The position numbers and the translations under genes were made by a program. Of a stretch of DNA of 64,000 bases, positions 1 through 13,204 are shown in pieces. Position 1 is the stretch's first letter. The number at the start of each line of letters is the position of its first letter. The stretch lies in the NCBI RefSeq assembly GCF_963921235.1, contig NC_086118.1, forward strand, positions 27,592,001 to 27,656,000, given 5' to 3'. The notes beneath the pieces are model-generated. The model saw nothing but the letters and a program-made list of their open reading frames with translations. It ran no database searches and had not been told where the DNA came from. The stretch comes from Mobula hypostoma. Its lineage: Eukaryota.

Positions 1-519
1 GAGGATTTGAAAACACTCTTGAATCTTGTCCTCTGCCAGAATACATAACAAGGAGTCAGAAATGTGTGTGGATTGAACTGAGTATAATTGCTGCCTCAGT
101 ACTGGAGATGTAAGCTTGGGAGGGGATATTGCCACTGACTTGTTTATCCTTTTAGTAGATCTGGAAGATTTTGCAGAAGCAACGTTAGTTCCAGTGCCTT
201 GTGTTGCCAGGCTTAGGAAACACATAGATGGCGGTCATTCATGCATGTAGGAAGCATGGATCACTGTTATCTGATAGACCATAAGTCTGTGCCACTCTGG
301 TGTACAGTATACAGTAGATATCATTTTCTTTGATGGCTGTCGTTCATCTACTGGAAGGACTTTTGAAAAAGTTTTCTTGACAGATACATGGAATGGATGG
401 TTGCCTTTTGGGGAAAGGTTAGGCTGGCTAGGCATGTATCTGCTGAAATTTAGAAGTGTGTGATGGGACTTCACTGCAACATATCGGATCCCGAGTGATA
501 AAAGAAGTCGCTGTTTAAA

Positions 520-765
520 AACAAAGGGGGTGGAGGTTCAGGAGGCTGAAGACCCACACTCAACATTTTAGAAAGCATTGTTTTTCTACTGGCATCAGAT
601 TTCTGAACAGCCCATGAACCCTTGAATGCTATCTCATTATTTGCCTTTTGCACATTTACTTAGTCTTGTAACTTACAGTAATTTTTAAGTCTTGCTCTGC
701 ACCGCTGCCACAAAACAACAAATTTCACAACACTTGTCAGGGATAATAAACCTGATTCTGATTCT
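520..765 (+). mobile_element. Rex1/Babar-type LINE 3' end remnant
   Basis: 'ggaggctgaagacccacactcaacattttaga...ggcatcagatttctgaac' and the tail 'aataaacctgattctgattctg' resemble the Rex1 3' copy at 23280-23545. Confidence 0.55.
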
Positions 766-1021
766 GAGGATTAAATGACTTTGGATCCTTAAAGGGCAGT
801 AAAGCTGTAGAATAATTCTTGGAGTATTTTTATGGCAGTGTTAAATTGCTTTTTGTTAAGGAAGGGGCGAAAGATCAGAAGAAGTGGACAGCAGTGCAGC
901 AGTGAAGTCACAATCAGATTAGAACAGATTTTATTAAATTAAGGAGGAGGTCTAAAATGATGAGTGAGACACTTGCATCCCTATGTGATACTGTATGTTC
1001 AAAAGTGAGCAAGTGCATTAT

Positions 1022-1245
1022 ATTCATTCATTCATTATTTGCCATGTCGTATGGCATAGGTAATCATGGTCTTTCCATGACTGCTTGTTCTTGGCAAATT
1101 TTTCAACAGGTGACTTGCCATTGCCTTTTTCTGGGCAGTGTCTTTACAAGATGGGCGACCCCAGCCATTATCAATACTTCTCAGAGATTGTGTGGAGTCA
1201 GTGGTCACATAACCAGGACTTGTGGTAGGCACATAACCAGGAACT
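1022..1245 (-). mobile_element. SINE-like interspersed repeat (same family as 20850-21960)
   Basis: Shares 'gccattgcctt...ggcagtgtctttaca...atggg.gaccccagccattatc' with the 20850-21960 copy. Contains a small internal duplication of 'cacataaccagga'. Confidence 0.5.
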
Positions 1246-1499
1246 TGAGTGTGTTGCTTGGATTTCCAGCATCTGCAGATTTTCTCTTGTTTGTGTACCT
1301 CAGTGCACCAATGGTTGTGCTGATGGGGTTATTCCTTCTCTGTGCTGATGTGTGAGTTCAAGCGCTTAAAATCCTTCAGCACAAACACTGTGGTTCAGGA
1401 CGGCATGATTGACATCATGCCTCCTCTGAACAGTTCAGCGGGCAATCACTGCACAATTGCTGGATACTTCACAAATATGTTATCTGGTATTGATGCAGA

Positions 1500-1512
1500 G
1501 TGCGCGTGCGCG

Positions 1513-1555
<43 letters not shown>
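1500..1555. repeat. (GTGCGC)n-(CA)n alternating purine-pyrimidine microsatellite
   Basis: Read directly: gtgcgcgtgcgcgtgcgcgcacacacaca... Confidence 0.95.
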
Positions 1556-1557
<2 letters not shown>

Positions 1558-2633
1558 GACAGCATTCTAGACTACTAAATGTTCCTCTATTATCCAAAAA
1601 ATATATGCTAAAAGTCTAATTCTTTTCCTCCATTATCTCGAAACTCAAAAATTAAAGAGGCATGTTTCTCATCACAAAATGCAAACGTGTGAGAAATAAC
1701 CTAATTGTGGTGTGAATAGTTACCTGGAGAATGTGGATTTGGCATATAATTTCAAATTTGCAAGCAGGACATGATTTCTGATTCAGATCATAAGTTTGAA
1801 ACTAACAGCAAATTGGTTCCGAAACTATTGGGTGTGCTTTGTACAATGTTTTCATAGTTTTTCTGTGATAAAGTGGGTTTCCTCTAAATTCTCCAGACTC
1901 CCTCCACACCTAAAGTGGCAGTAGTAGTTTTTACTGCCCACTCTATACCACCCTTTTGTGTAGATTAATTGCAAAAATAAAATCAATGGGAGGAAAAAAC
2001 AGCAGGGGTATGAGGAAGTTATGAGAGGGACAATGTTGCTAATCTGTTTGCTACCCTGAGCGCTGGCATGGACCCATTTGTATGAGTGGGATAATGAGAA
2101 GGCTTGTGGGAAATTGTAAGTAAGTGCAGGAAGAGAATGTCAAAAGTTGTCGCATCTGTTCCAACATTCAGTAGGATGATGGCTGCTCCTTTGTAACTTG
2201 TTTCTGCTTTATGCCTATTAATTCCCAGAGTGCCTGGAAAATCTTGTGTAAGTATAATTTCTCCTCATGCAGAAAATAATATGACAATTCCAGATATTTT
2301 AGTGGAGGTCAAATACTGGGTGCATTTAAACAATTGTAATGAGAGAATTATAAAGGATTTCAAGGTGGATGAACCAAAATGGATCAAATTGACTTTCCCA
2401 TCTGTACTGGTCTTGTGAATAAGTTGCCAAGGGGAATTTTAGCTCAGGATAGACAAATACTTTAATATACATGGTTAAAGTTCTAATGTGATTACTTGAA
2501 GATGTAACAATTTACAGTGAGGTAAAATGTTAGGTACAGCATTATAGTCAGCCAAACGCTATTCTCTTTTCTCAAAGTAATGGGCTTGGTTGATCAGACC
2601 CAAAAGACCTAAACAATTCAATTGTCCGGGAGA

Positions 2634-3264
2634 TGTGGTAATAAGCATACAAACACAACAAAATAATTTAAACCTAATTTATTATCATAAAATAGAAAAT
2701 AAAAATAAACCACAATAAATACTACGTAGTTAGTTACAAATATTTCAGGACCTAGGATTCTTTGTCTCCACTTGATTTTTATGCTGTTGTTGGGAGGACT
2801 TTGATTGTCGCCGTTGTCAGGGGACTTGATTGTTGCTACTGTTGAGGAAACTCTGAATTCCTACTCATGAAACCACCCTAGGTACCAGTCATGATTTATC
2901 CAGTCTGGGTGAAGTCCCAAGAACTAAAAGAAAGGTACCCCAGTAAATGGAGAGTTGCACAAGCATAGAGAGCCAGGCGGAGACAGGTTCTTTGGTCTTT
3001 TGTTCTCATGCCTCTAACTCAGCATGCTTTCTTTCATTCAAACAACCTGTGTGTTTATTGACAGACATCCTCATGCAACGGCTGCCTAAAGGCCAGGAAA
3101 GGTTCCAGCTGCAATCAGCAAGCATTAAACATTAACAACCTTGCAGTGTTTAACTTGTACAGACACCTTGATAGCTTACATGCAGTGAGCTCATAAAGAG
3201 TTAAAATTTCACTTGGAGCTCTTCAGATTTTCATCCAATATTTTACAAAACTTAGTACACCACA
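2634..3264. mobile_element. Possible solo LTR
   Basis: Starts TGTGGT and ends ACCACA (inverted TG...CA termini), with a short internal repeat 'ggact(t)tgattgt' twice. No convincing TSD. Confidence 0.3.
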
Positions 3265-3269
3265 GCTTG

Positions 3270-4350
3270 CACGGTTCCTTCGTCTCTGCTGCACCTGTTC
3301 CTAGGATGAGGCTTTCTTCTCCAGGACATCAGAGATGTCCTGCTGCTTCAAAGAATGGCATTACCCTTTTTCTGCCATTGATGCTGCCCTCACCTGCATC
3401 TCTTCCATTTCCCGGATATTCGTGCTTGCCCTATTTTCCCACTGCCTTAACAGAGATAGAGTTCCTCTTCTCCTCACCTACCACCCCATGGCCCTCTGCA
3501 TCCAACACTCATTCTTTGCAACTTTTGCCTTGTTCAATGGGATCTTATGACCAAACATATTCAACCCCGCCCCCAACACACACACCCTCTCCACTTTCTG
3601 CAGGAATTGCTCCCTCCATGATTCCCTTGTTCATTTGTTCCTCCCCAGTAATTTCCCTACTGGCACATATCACTCTTGATAACAGAAATGCTACACCTGC
3701 CCACTAACCTCCTCCCTCACCACCATTCAGGGCCCCAAACAGTGCTTCCAGGTGAAGCACCACTTGGGGTTGGGGTTGAAGCAACACTTGAATCTGTTGG
3801 GGTTGTTGATCGTATCCAGTTCTGCTGCTGCGTCCTTCTCTACATTGGTGAGATCTGATGTAACTTGGGGGATCGCTTTGTCGAGCACATCTGCTTCATT
3901 TGCCAAAAGCAGAATTTCCTGGTGGCTAGCCATTTTAATTCATATCCCCATTCCTGCACTGACATGTTGGTCCATGACCTCCTCTTTTGCCATGATGAGT
4001 CTACTCTCAGGGTGGAGGAACAACACATATTCCTTCTAGGTAGCCTCCAACTTGATGGCATGTCTGTGCATTAACACCAATTGCTTCTTCTGACATCTTT
4101 TCCTCCCCTTTCCCTATTCTTCTATTACCCACTCTAGCCTCTTACCTCTTCTCACCTGCCTACCATCTTCCCTGGAGCCTCTCCTCCTTCCCTTTCTGCT
4201 CTGGTCCACTTTCATCTTCTATTAGATTCCTTCTTCTCCAGCCCTTTACTTTTCCCTCCCACCTGGCTTCACCTTTCACTTTCTAGCTAATCCTCCTTCC
4301 CCTCCACCCACCTTTTTTCTGGCATTTTTCCCCTTTCTTTATAGTCCTAA
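3270..4350 (+). mobile_element. Penelope-like element 3' part (GIY-YIG endonuclease remnant plus pyrimidine-rich 3' region)
   Basis: Fragments 'CESVGVV..IQ..C..LLYIGE' and 'LGDRFVEHI...VASHFNS.PHS..DM.V..L..CHDESTLRVEEQH..F.LGSLQ.DGM' match the PLE GIY-YIG C-terminal domain. Frameshifted. Confidence 0.8.
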
Positions 4351-4354
4351 CTAC

Positions 4355-6270
4355 ATTGACTTCTGCCCCAGTTGCTTCATCCTCCCTTTATAATTCTCCT
4401 TCATCTTTGGGATGTATCTATCATGCGCCTTCCAAGTTGCCCTCAGAAAGTCCAACCATTGCTGTTCTGTCATCATCCACGGTAGTGTCCCTTTCCAATC
4501 AACGTTGTAAGCTCTTCTCTTATGCCTTTATAATTCCTTTTACTCCACTGGAGTACTGATACATCTGACCTTAACTTCTCCCTGTCAATCTACTGGATGA
4601 ATTCTATCATATTATGAACTCTGTCTCCTAAGGGTTCCTTTACCTTAAGATACCTAATCAAACATGGTTCATTACACAACACCTTATGCAGAATGGCTTT
4701 TCTCCAAGTGGGTTCAACCACAAGCTGTTCTAAAAAGCCATCTTGTAGGCATTATACAAATTCGCTCTCTGGGGTTCCAGTGCCAACCTGTTTTTTCAAT
4801 CTACCTGCATTTTGAAATGACCAAGATTATGGTAACATTACTCATATTACATTACTTCTCAATCTTCCATTGCTATTTATATCCCACATCCTGGCTACTG
4901 TTCGGGGGCCTGTATATAACTACCATCAGTGTCTTTTTACCCTTGCTTACCCACAAAGAATCCACATCTTCTAATCTAATGTTGCCTTTTTCTATTTGAT
5001 TTCATTTTTTACCAGCAGAACCACCCTGCCCCCTCTGCCTACTTGCCTGTTACTCCAACACAGATTGTATCCCTGGATGTTAAGCTCTCAACTATGACCT
5101 TCATTCAGCCTTGACTCACTGATGTCCACAACATCGTACCTGTCACCCTCTAATTGTGCTACAAGATCATCTACCTTTTTCCATATACTGCGTGCATTCA
5201 AATATAACACCTTTAGCCCTCTATTCATCACCATTTTCAGTGGTCCCCTGTTGTACTTCAGCTCTTCCCACTGACTGCAATATTGTCTTTTCCTGCCTGT
5301 CTTTCCGCACAGCCTCACTATACAATATGTCATCTTGTACAACTGTTGTCTCATCCTCAGCACTATCACAACAGTTTACATCCTCCTGCCAAGTTAGTTT
5401 AAACCTTCCCCAGCAGCTCTAGTAAACTTTCCCACAAAGATATTGGTCTGCTTTGGTTCACATGTAACCTACCATTTTTGTATAGGTCATATGTTCCCCA
5501 GAAGGGGTCCCAATGATCCAGAAATCTGAAGCCTTGCCCCTTGCACCATTCCATCTACCACTCATTTATCTCTACAATCATCCTATTCTTGCCCTGGCTA
5601 GCATGTGGTACTGGGTGTAATCCAGAGATTACTATCTTGGAGGTCCTGCTCTTCCGCCTCTTTCCTAAATGTCAATACTCAATATGTAAGTTCCTCGTCA
5701 TCACTCATCTACTACTGAAGCCTGCACTCAGTAAAAGCCTCATCTTATGATGTTTCCAACCTCCTAGATGGTCCTGAGTACATCTAGCTCCAGTTCCTTT
5801 CCTGGACCTGAAGCTGGGTGCTCCTCCTGCAGATGGAGTTATTAGGGAAACTGCTACGTGACTTGAATCCCGTATCTCACAGAAGGAACTGCCTGATATA
5901 CCATCCTACCAACATTTCTTATACTTCGAAGTTCTCAAGCTTAAGTTCTTGCTTGCATTCGGTCAAGCCTGTTGAGCCAGCGCCTGGCCACTCTTAACAC
6001 TGGCCTCCTCCAACAATGACTGCTCTAACAATATTCATTCCACTTACACCTCACTTGTTTTTATTGGTCTGCCCAGTCCCTAAAAAATCAAGAGGTTTGC
6101 AGCCCTTTGAAAAGTTCAGAAAGGCACCGAGCTCTTTTCAAACCTCATGTAGCCTCACCAACGAATGATCTCTTGCAATAATTGCAGTATGAAGAAAAGT
6201 TACGAAAGGCCCCAATCTTTTTCTAAACTTCGCACAACCTCACCAATGAACAATCTCTCACAATGAGTAA
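4355..6270 (-). mobile_element. Degraded CR1 LINE (5' region, ORF1 remnant, APE endonuclease N-terminus)
   Basis: ORF 5088-5369(-) contains 'LKVLYLNARSIWKKVDDLVAQLE..RYDVVDISES', the CR1 EN start. The 4355-5000 part resembles the EN region of the 13205-15975 copy. Confidence 0.75.
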
Positions 6271-7784
6271 CCTACATAAATTTGGTTCTCCGATAACCCA
6301 GGTTATGGAAAAAGAATCTTTGTAAACTCTGGATGGATGAAGTTTTGTATAATCAATTTTTCAATGTGCCTTCCACATGATTCCAGTGGCCACCTGTGAG
6401 AGCTCTGATACTTGGGATCCACCTTCTTGGTATTTAGCAGTGAAAGTCAATCCCTATTTGTAGTCAATACTGAATGTGGGCAATTTGTTAAGTATGCAAG
6501 ACAGAGTCATGTATGAGAAATACATTTTTTAGAGAGACTGCAATGCTGATAGACAACTTCAAAAAGAAACAAGTTTGAGGAAAAACAGTCTTGCATTTGA
6601 AAATAGACATTTTTTTTCAGACCAATGAGGTTGGAAATAATGGTGGTATAAAATTTTAGGTATTACACTATTCTTAACATCACTTGTGACAATTTTTGGT
6701 TGACAGAGTTTCTAGTGCTAATGAAAATCCCACTGGAAACTCAGAAGCTGGGAATTTAGAGGCATAGAGGATGGGAATATATTTTCTGGATTATGTTCCC
6801 TGTCACTCTATTTATTTGAGTTAGAGTTTGTTTGATTTCAGTTCTAAGTCAGAATGCTTTTGGAAAGATTCTGAAAAATGGATGACAGTATGGGAGCTTG
6901 AATATGTTTAACAATGAACTAATCAGATGAAAATACTTTAATGTCAGAAAGCGTCTCGGGATTACAGATGATCAGGCCTAAAGAAGAAGCCAGATGATTT
7001 GCTTCATATCAGGTCACTCTGAAAATAACAGGAACAACAATGCAGAATTAATAGGAGACTTTAATAAACAGAATATGAAATGCAAATTACTATGTTGAAT
7101 GCATCCTTTCTCTTTACCTGGTATATAATTTCAGTGTGACCTACATAACATTTCATGTTATGCCATTTTTGTCAAATAGCAAAAAGATTTACAAATAACA
7201 CGAGAAAGTAATAAAGTGTGCTATTGCTAAAAAAGGCAACTGAATAAATAAATAAATAGATTGGAAGAATTGTTAGTTTAAAACATTTCAGCGATGAAAT
7301 AACGAGGGAATGATTAACAAAATAAATGCAGAAAGGATTGTGAGAGTTTAACGGAATAAGAACATGCACTAATTAATTAATTTGGTGGCTGGCAAGTCAA
7401 AATTTAATATGAAAATTGAAGATAAAATGAATAGAAAACAAGCTTTTTTTCAAAAATAGAATGGGGAGTGGAAGTTTGAGAATGCTGTAGTATCATTTAT
7501 GGATTGAATTATAAATATAGAAACTGAGCTGACAGCTGAATGTCAAATAACTATTACAATGAGTTTGCAGTCCTTGCACTAATTAGAGAAAATGTGAATA
7601 TATCATAAATGGTACTCTCAAAATAGTGAAACAAGTAAACATAATGAATTTGAAGTAACTAATTGGAAGCCCTAAGGATTGGAAGCAAGTATCCGGGAAT
7701 TAATAACATTTATCTATGAACATACGTAAGGGCAATCTTTCAAAAAGATCCACAACTTATCAAATAAATAAGTCAATAATAAAA

Positions 7785-8690
7785 AGAAGTAGGCATAGTT
7801 TATCTGGCCCATTAAGCCTGCTACTCCATTCAAAAAGATCATGACTGATCTGGCTGTGCACTCAGCTCCATTTACCTGCCCTTTCCTCATAACCCTTAGT
7901 ACCCCTACTATGCAAATCTGTCCCTTAAATATTCAAAGTACATTTATTATCAAAGTATGTATGCAGCATACAACCCTGAGTTTCAGCTTCCCATAGACAG
8001 CCACAAAATAAAGGGAAACCATGGAGCCATTTAAAGAAAAACATCAAACTCCAACATGCGAAAAAAAAACAAATCCGGCAAATGGCCCAAATAAAACAAG
8101 CATAAAACACAGAACACAAAACACCGAGTTACAAAGACTTCGAAAGAGTCCGGGCATATTCAGTTCAGTTATGTTTAATGAGGCAGTCTCTACTGCATCT
8201 CTGAGCGGAGAACTCTACAGATTCACTACTCCCTGGGAAAAACAATTCCTTTTCATCTCTGTCCTAGTCTCTTCCCCTGAATCTCAAGGCTATGTCCCCT
8301 AGCTCTAGTCTCACCTACTTTTCGAAACAGCCTTTCTGCCTTCATATTATCTATCCCTTTCATAATTTAAATTGTTTCTCTCATTCTTCTGAATTCCCAT
8401 GAGTATAGCTTCTTCAAACTATTGCGCCCTCTACTACTATGACAAATTCAATCATACTGTGATCACTCTTTCCAAGAGGGTTCCTAACTACGAGATCATT
8501 AAACTTCCCTCTCTCATGGCACAGGACCAGATTAAGAATAACATTTCCTTTGTAGTTTCACTAACAGACTGTTCAAGAAAACTATCACAGATGCATTATA
8601 TGAAGCCCTGTTCAAAACTGCCTTGTCCGATTTGATTTGCCCAACCTATAAGCAAGTTAAATATCTCCATGACAGCTGCCATTTTATTCT
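7785..8690 (-). mobile_element. Degraded CR1 fragments interrupted at ~7925-8180 by a Rex-tailed short repeat
   Basis: 'ggcccattaagcctgctactccattcaa..gatcatgactgatctg' (CR1 3' UTR) resumes after the insert as 'ctccactgc...cagattcactact'. The insert starts 'ttcaaagtacatttattatcaaagta'. Confidence 0.55.
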
Positions 8691-8961
8691 TACATGCAAT
8701 GCCATTCCATTACTAGAGAAAGTGATGAAACAATGAGACATTCTTCTCCACTGGAAATGGACTGACATTGTGTCATTTTCAGGTAAGATGGATAAATTGA
8801 ATCAGGCACCAATGAGCCTATTAATCTTATTTCAACTGGAAGGAGAATAATAGAATGTAAAATATACCACATTGCCTGGATAACTACAGAATAAAGGAAA
8901 ATATATTCTTGTTACAATTAAGATTCATATTGAAATTCAAGCAGCTAAGCATTTATGAGAG

Positions 8962-9035
8962 GGCTCTGTGGCTTAGTTGGTTAAAGTGCCTGTCTAGTAA
9001 ACAGGAGATCCTGGGTTCAACTCCCAGCAGAGCCT
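8962..9035 (+). tRNA. tRNA-Thr (anticodon AGT)
   Basis: Cloverleaf read directly: acceptor GGCTCTG/CAGAGCC, D arm GCTT-AGTTGGTTA-AAGT, anticodon arm CCTGT-CT-AGT-AA-ACAGG (AGT at 8996-8998), T arm CTGGG-TTCAACT-CCCAG. Closely resembles vertebrate tRNA-Thr genes. Confidence 0.9.
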
Positions 9036-9048
9036 TAATGTTCAATAA

Positions 9049-9053
9049 TTTTT
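9049..9053 (+). terminator. RNA polymerase III oligo-T terminator for the tRNA-Thr
   Basis: TTTTT located 13 nt after the tRNA 3' end. Confidence 0.6.
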
Positions 9054-9929
9054 GGATTTGCACTATATTAAATAAGATATTTTTTCTGTTTATTCCAGAA
9101 TTAGCTAGCAAGTAATTTTTAAATCCTGTATGAATGTCATTGTGGGACAGCCCCCACAGTGAATGCAAACACGTAAATTTCAAATCTGATATCAATTTTT
9201 TTGGACACAAAGGAAATAAAAAATAGCATATGCGAGTGGGGTGGAGATATAAGATCAACTTTGATTTTACTCACGTCTAAAGTTCAAAGTTCAATGTAAA
9301 CTTATTATCAAATTACATACATGTCACCAGATACTGCCTGAGATTCATTTTCTTGCAGGTGTTCATAGTGGAACAAAAAATACAACAGAATCAATGAAAA
9401 GTAAGCAATCAATGTGAAAAATAAGGCAAACTGCGTAAATATGAAAATAAATAAATAATACTGAGAGCACGGGTTGTGAGTCTGTAGGTTGTGTTCAGAG
9501 ATGAGTTCAATGTAGAGGTGAGTCTCACCCTCAAAGAAGGCTATGACCTACTCCTGGTCCTAATTCTTATGCTGTTCCTTTCATTAAAATTACAAAGTGT
9601 CATATTTTGTATCTAAAACATTTTGAATAATTTTTGAGGGAGATTGATAAAGTTATTGCTAAGACTACAATTCCTCTGACTGGAAACTCTGGAATTGAAG
9701 GTAGCATTCTCAAGATAATGATCATTAAAGGTTAAAATGAGGAGAAATTTCAAAATGCAAGAGATAAGTCATTGGATTTCACTACCAAAGTGAATTGTAG
9801 ATGTCTAACGATTGAACATGTTCTATGTTGAGAACCATTGACTAGTTGTCACTAAGTGAATTAGAGGATGTGAGAATAAGGGAAATGTAAACTTAGAGAA
9901 TCAGCCTGTAAGTTTCCTGTCAGTATTGA

Positions 9930-10637
9930 GGTTTTGAACCGCCTGTACACCTGCCAGTTTTGTGGTGTGAATGGAAGTCTAGAAGGTGCAGGACAGTTGT
10001 GGGCCAAATCAATGCAATGGGGCCTGGGCCTGAGGGTTAGGAATGAGCCAATGTTTGGCCGCTGGACCGGAACTGGCGGCGGTTCAAAGTAGCAAGACTT
10101 GGAGCTGAGATGGCAGATCCTGGGCCTGAGAACAAGGAACAAGATGAATGCCAGGCCAAATTGGAAAGGTTACGTATGGGTGAATCAAAGCAGTGGGTCC
10201 CGGATCCAAGAGAATACCAAAGTGGCAGGGCCCGGGCCCGGGCCCAGGCCCAAGAGTGAGGAATAACCCATTGTTTGGCTGATTTAAGCATCAGGCCAGA
10301 TTGAAAAGGGGCTGGATGTGTGGAACGATGCTGTCCCGCGAAGTTTATTTTCTCTGCGCTGAACTGAGGCTGTGACTTGCAAATAATGGGCTTCTGGATT
10401 GGTTGTGACTGGCGTTGTGACTGTGCACTCACTTCTGTAAACTCCATTTCTAAAAATTGGTGCTTATTTTCTCCTGTTTGCACAGTTTTTTTCCTGCACA
10501 TTGGGTGTTTGACAGTCTTCATTTTTAATATTTTTTTTTGCTTTGTGGCTGCCTGTAAGGAGATGAATCTCAAGGTTGTATATAGTATACTGTACGTACT
10601 TTAATAAAAAGTGTACTTTGAACTTTTGACCTTTGAA
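9930..10637 (+). mobile_element. Non-autonomous Rex-tailed retroposon-like repeat
   Basis: GC-rich body with GGGCCC iterations, ending '...gaatctcaaggttgtata...aataaaaagtgtactttgaacttttgacctttga'. The same tail occurs in reverse at 7925, 9275, 56060 and 58770. Confidence 0.45.
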
Positions 10638-11228
10638 CCCATGACATTATCAAACGATGGAGCAGGCTTGGTGGGCAATATGCTCTAATATGCTTTAGTT
10701 TCTTTTGTTCATTTTTATGGTTTTGCTTTGCGGCTTGAATCTGTAAATGATGAAGATTGCAATCATGGCTGAAAGATGCCTATTTAAACACAACTGTCTT
10801 GCAGAAAATAGTGTTGAAGTATATATTTCATAAATATACATAGGAATAATCATCAAACAAACATTGCTGGATTAAATCATTCTAGACTTCATAAACAAAA
10901 CCTGCATTTTCTTCTTTTCCAAACACATACTTTATTTCTGAAAACTGCATGTATATTATATGGGACATTAACATGATGCACTCAGGCTTGGAGACAGCTA
11001 TTCTTCTCCAAGGACCACCTGAAGAATCCTGTTGTAAGTAAGGAATCCTTGACGACTTGGTATATTACAGAAAGCTCAAAGATTTGATTCATTATCTTCC
11101 TGTACAATGAGGGCAATGAGGCTCAGCGCCACTATTTACTGATGTCTGTTTGCAACAACCAGGAGTGTCTGCTTACTCTTTTATACTTTGGATTCCATTT
11201 CACTCAACTTTTTACTTTGATACAGGAG

Positions 11229-12122
11229 CATATAGAAACATGGAAAACCTACAGCACAATACAGGCCCTTCGGCCCACAATGCTGTGCTGAACATGTACT
11301 TACTTTAGAAATTCCCTAGGGTACCCATAGCCAACTATTTTTCTAAGCTCCAGGTACCTATCCAAGAGACTCTTAAAAGACCCTATTGTATCTGCCTCCA
11401 CGACCGTCACCAGCAGCCCATTCCACACACTCACCACTCTCTGCGTAAAAAACTTACCCCTGACATCTCCTCTGTACCTACTTCTAAGCACTTTCTATGC
11501 CCTCTCGTGTTAGCCATTTCAGCCCTGCGAAAAAGCCTCTGACTATCCACATGATCAATGCCTCTCATTATCTTGTACACCTCTATCAGGTCACCTCTCA
11601 TCCTCCGTTGCTCCAGGGAGAAAAGGCCAAGGTCACTCAACCTATTCTCATAAGGCATGCTTCCCAGTGCAGGCAACATCTTTGTAAATCTCCTCTGTAC
11701 CCTTTCTATAGTTTCCACATCCTTACTGTAGTGAGTTGACCAGAACTGAGCACAGTACTCCAAGTAGGTCCTATATAACTGTAACATTACCTCCCGGCTC
11801 TTAAACTCAATCCCACAGTTGATGAAGGCCAAAGCACCGTGTGCCTTCTTAACCACAGAGTCAACCTGCACAACAGCTTTTAGTGTCCTACGGACATGGA
11901 CCCCAAAATCTCTCTGATCCTCCACAATGCCAAGAGTCTTAGCATTAATACTATATTCCGCCATCATATTTGAACTACCAAAATGAACCACCTCACACTT
12001 ATCTGGGTTGAACTCCATCTGCCACTTCTCAGCCCAGTTTTGCATCCTATCGTTGTCTCGCTGTAACCTCTGACAGCCCTCCACACTATCCACAACACAC
12101 CCAACCTTTGTGTCGTTAGCAA
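11229..12122 (-). mobile_element. CR1 LINE, 5'-truncated (RT C-terminal part)
   Basis: ORF 11431-12093(-): 'WAEKWQMEFNPDKCEVVHFG...LEYCAQFWS...ERVQRRFTKMLP...RGDLIEVYKIM'. Tail catagaaacat. Confidence 0.92.
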
Positions 12123-12535
12123 AGGTTTGGCTGAGTTTAGTAGAACAAGAGCTTTAGAGCCTGTTGATTAACAAATATTAGATTTTCTGATAGTTTTAAG
12201 TAAGATGGAGGCAGTGCTTTCAAACTTGACATCATAGAATGTGAGACGTGTTTCATCTGATAAGATTTCCTTCACATGTTTTAAAAATATATATCAGAGG
12301 CTTTCTAGTGATCATGGCCTTGATCGGTTTGTATATACTTTAATTGGAAGTCTATGAACTTCCAACAAGTCATTCATCTAATTAGTTTTTTTTTGCTGTG
12401 TTCACATTTGGATTCGCTTTGTAGCTGGGGAGAGTGGAGGGATGTGGAATCGTGCTAGGATATAGAAATCACACTGTTTCTGTTGCTTTTTCTTACATTT
12501 CTCGGTCCCATTTGATTAACTAGTCCTCCACTTAC

Positions 12536-12747
12536 AAACAAGAGAAAATCTGCAGATGCTAGAAATCCGAGCAACACACATAAAATGCTGGAGGAACTCG
12601 GCAGGCCAGGCAGCATCCATGGAAAAGAGTACAGTTGACGTTTTGGGCCAAAACCCTTCGGCAGGATTTCGGCCTGAAATGTCAACTGTACTTTTTTTCC
12701 ATTGATGCAGCCTGACCTTCTGAGTTCCTCCAACATTTTGTGTGTGT
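12536..12747. mobile_element. PLE-terminus-derived palindromic insertion with 15-bp TSD
   Basis: Inverted arms around 'acccttcggcaggatttcggcctgaaatgtcaactgt'. TSD tagtcctccacttac (12521-12535) / tagtccttcacttac (12748-12762). Confidence 0.8.
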
Positions 12748-13204
12748 TAGTCCTTCACTTACTTTTCTTTTTCTTGATCACACAATGGTATTCTCGCTGA
12801 CATTTCTGACTGCTTGCTCTTGGTGAGGAAGAGCAGGGCTGACAGATTTCTAGCACAGTAGAGACTATTTTCTATTAAAGCTTGTCTTCTTGCTTCCAAA
12901 ATATGGGACATTTGTCTCCAGCTTCCTATTCTTTTTGAATAAATCCTTAATTCCTTTCAATCTTAACTGATAATGACTTGTTTTTGTTTTTGATTTCTCT
13001 TGTAAAACCACATGCCTGTTTTTAATATTGTGAAGAGCTTTTTTTTCTCTAAAGGGGCATTCCTTTTCGGACTTTAAGTAATCAATTTAATTTGTCAAAT
13101 TCCTATGTCCTTACTGGAGGATACACCCTTGGCTTTATTTTTTCTTACCTCTAGTTCAACCAGTGGGTGTTGTTTCTAAGTAGAAGCAATCCTCTTTTCA
13201 CTTA

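Noticed and set aside
10037..10573. 178-aa ORF
   Set aside because: It lies antisense within an interspersed repeat and has no recognisable domain.
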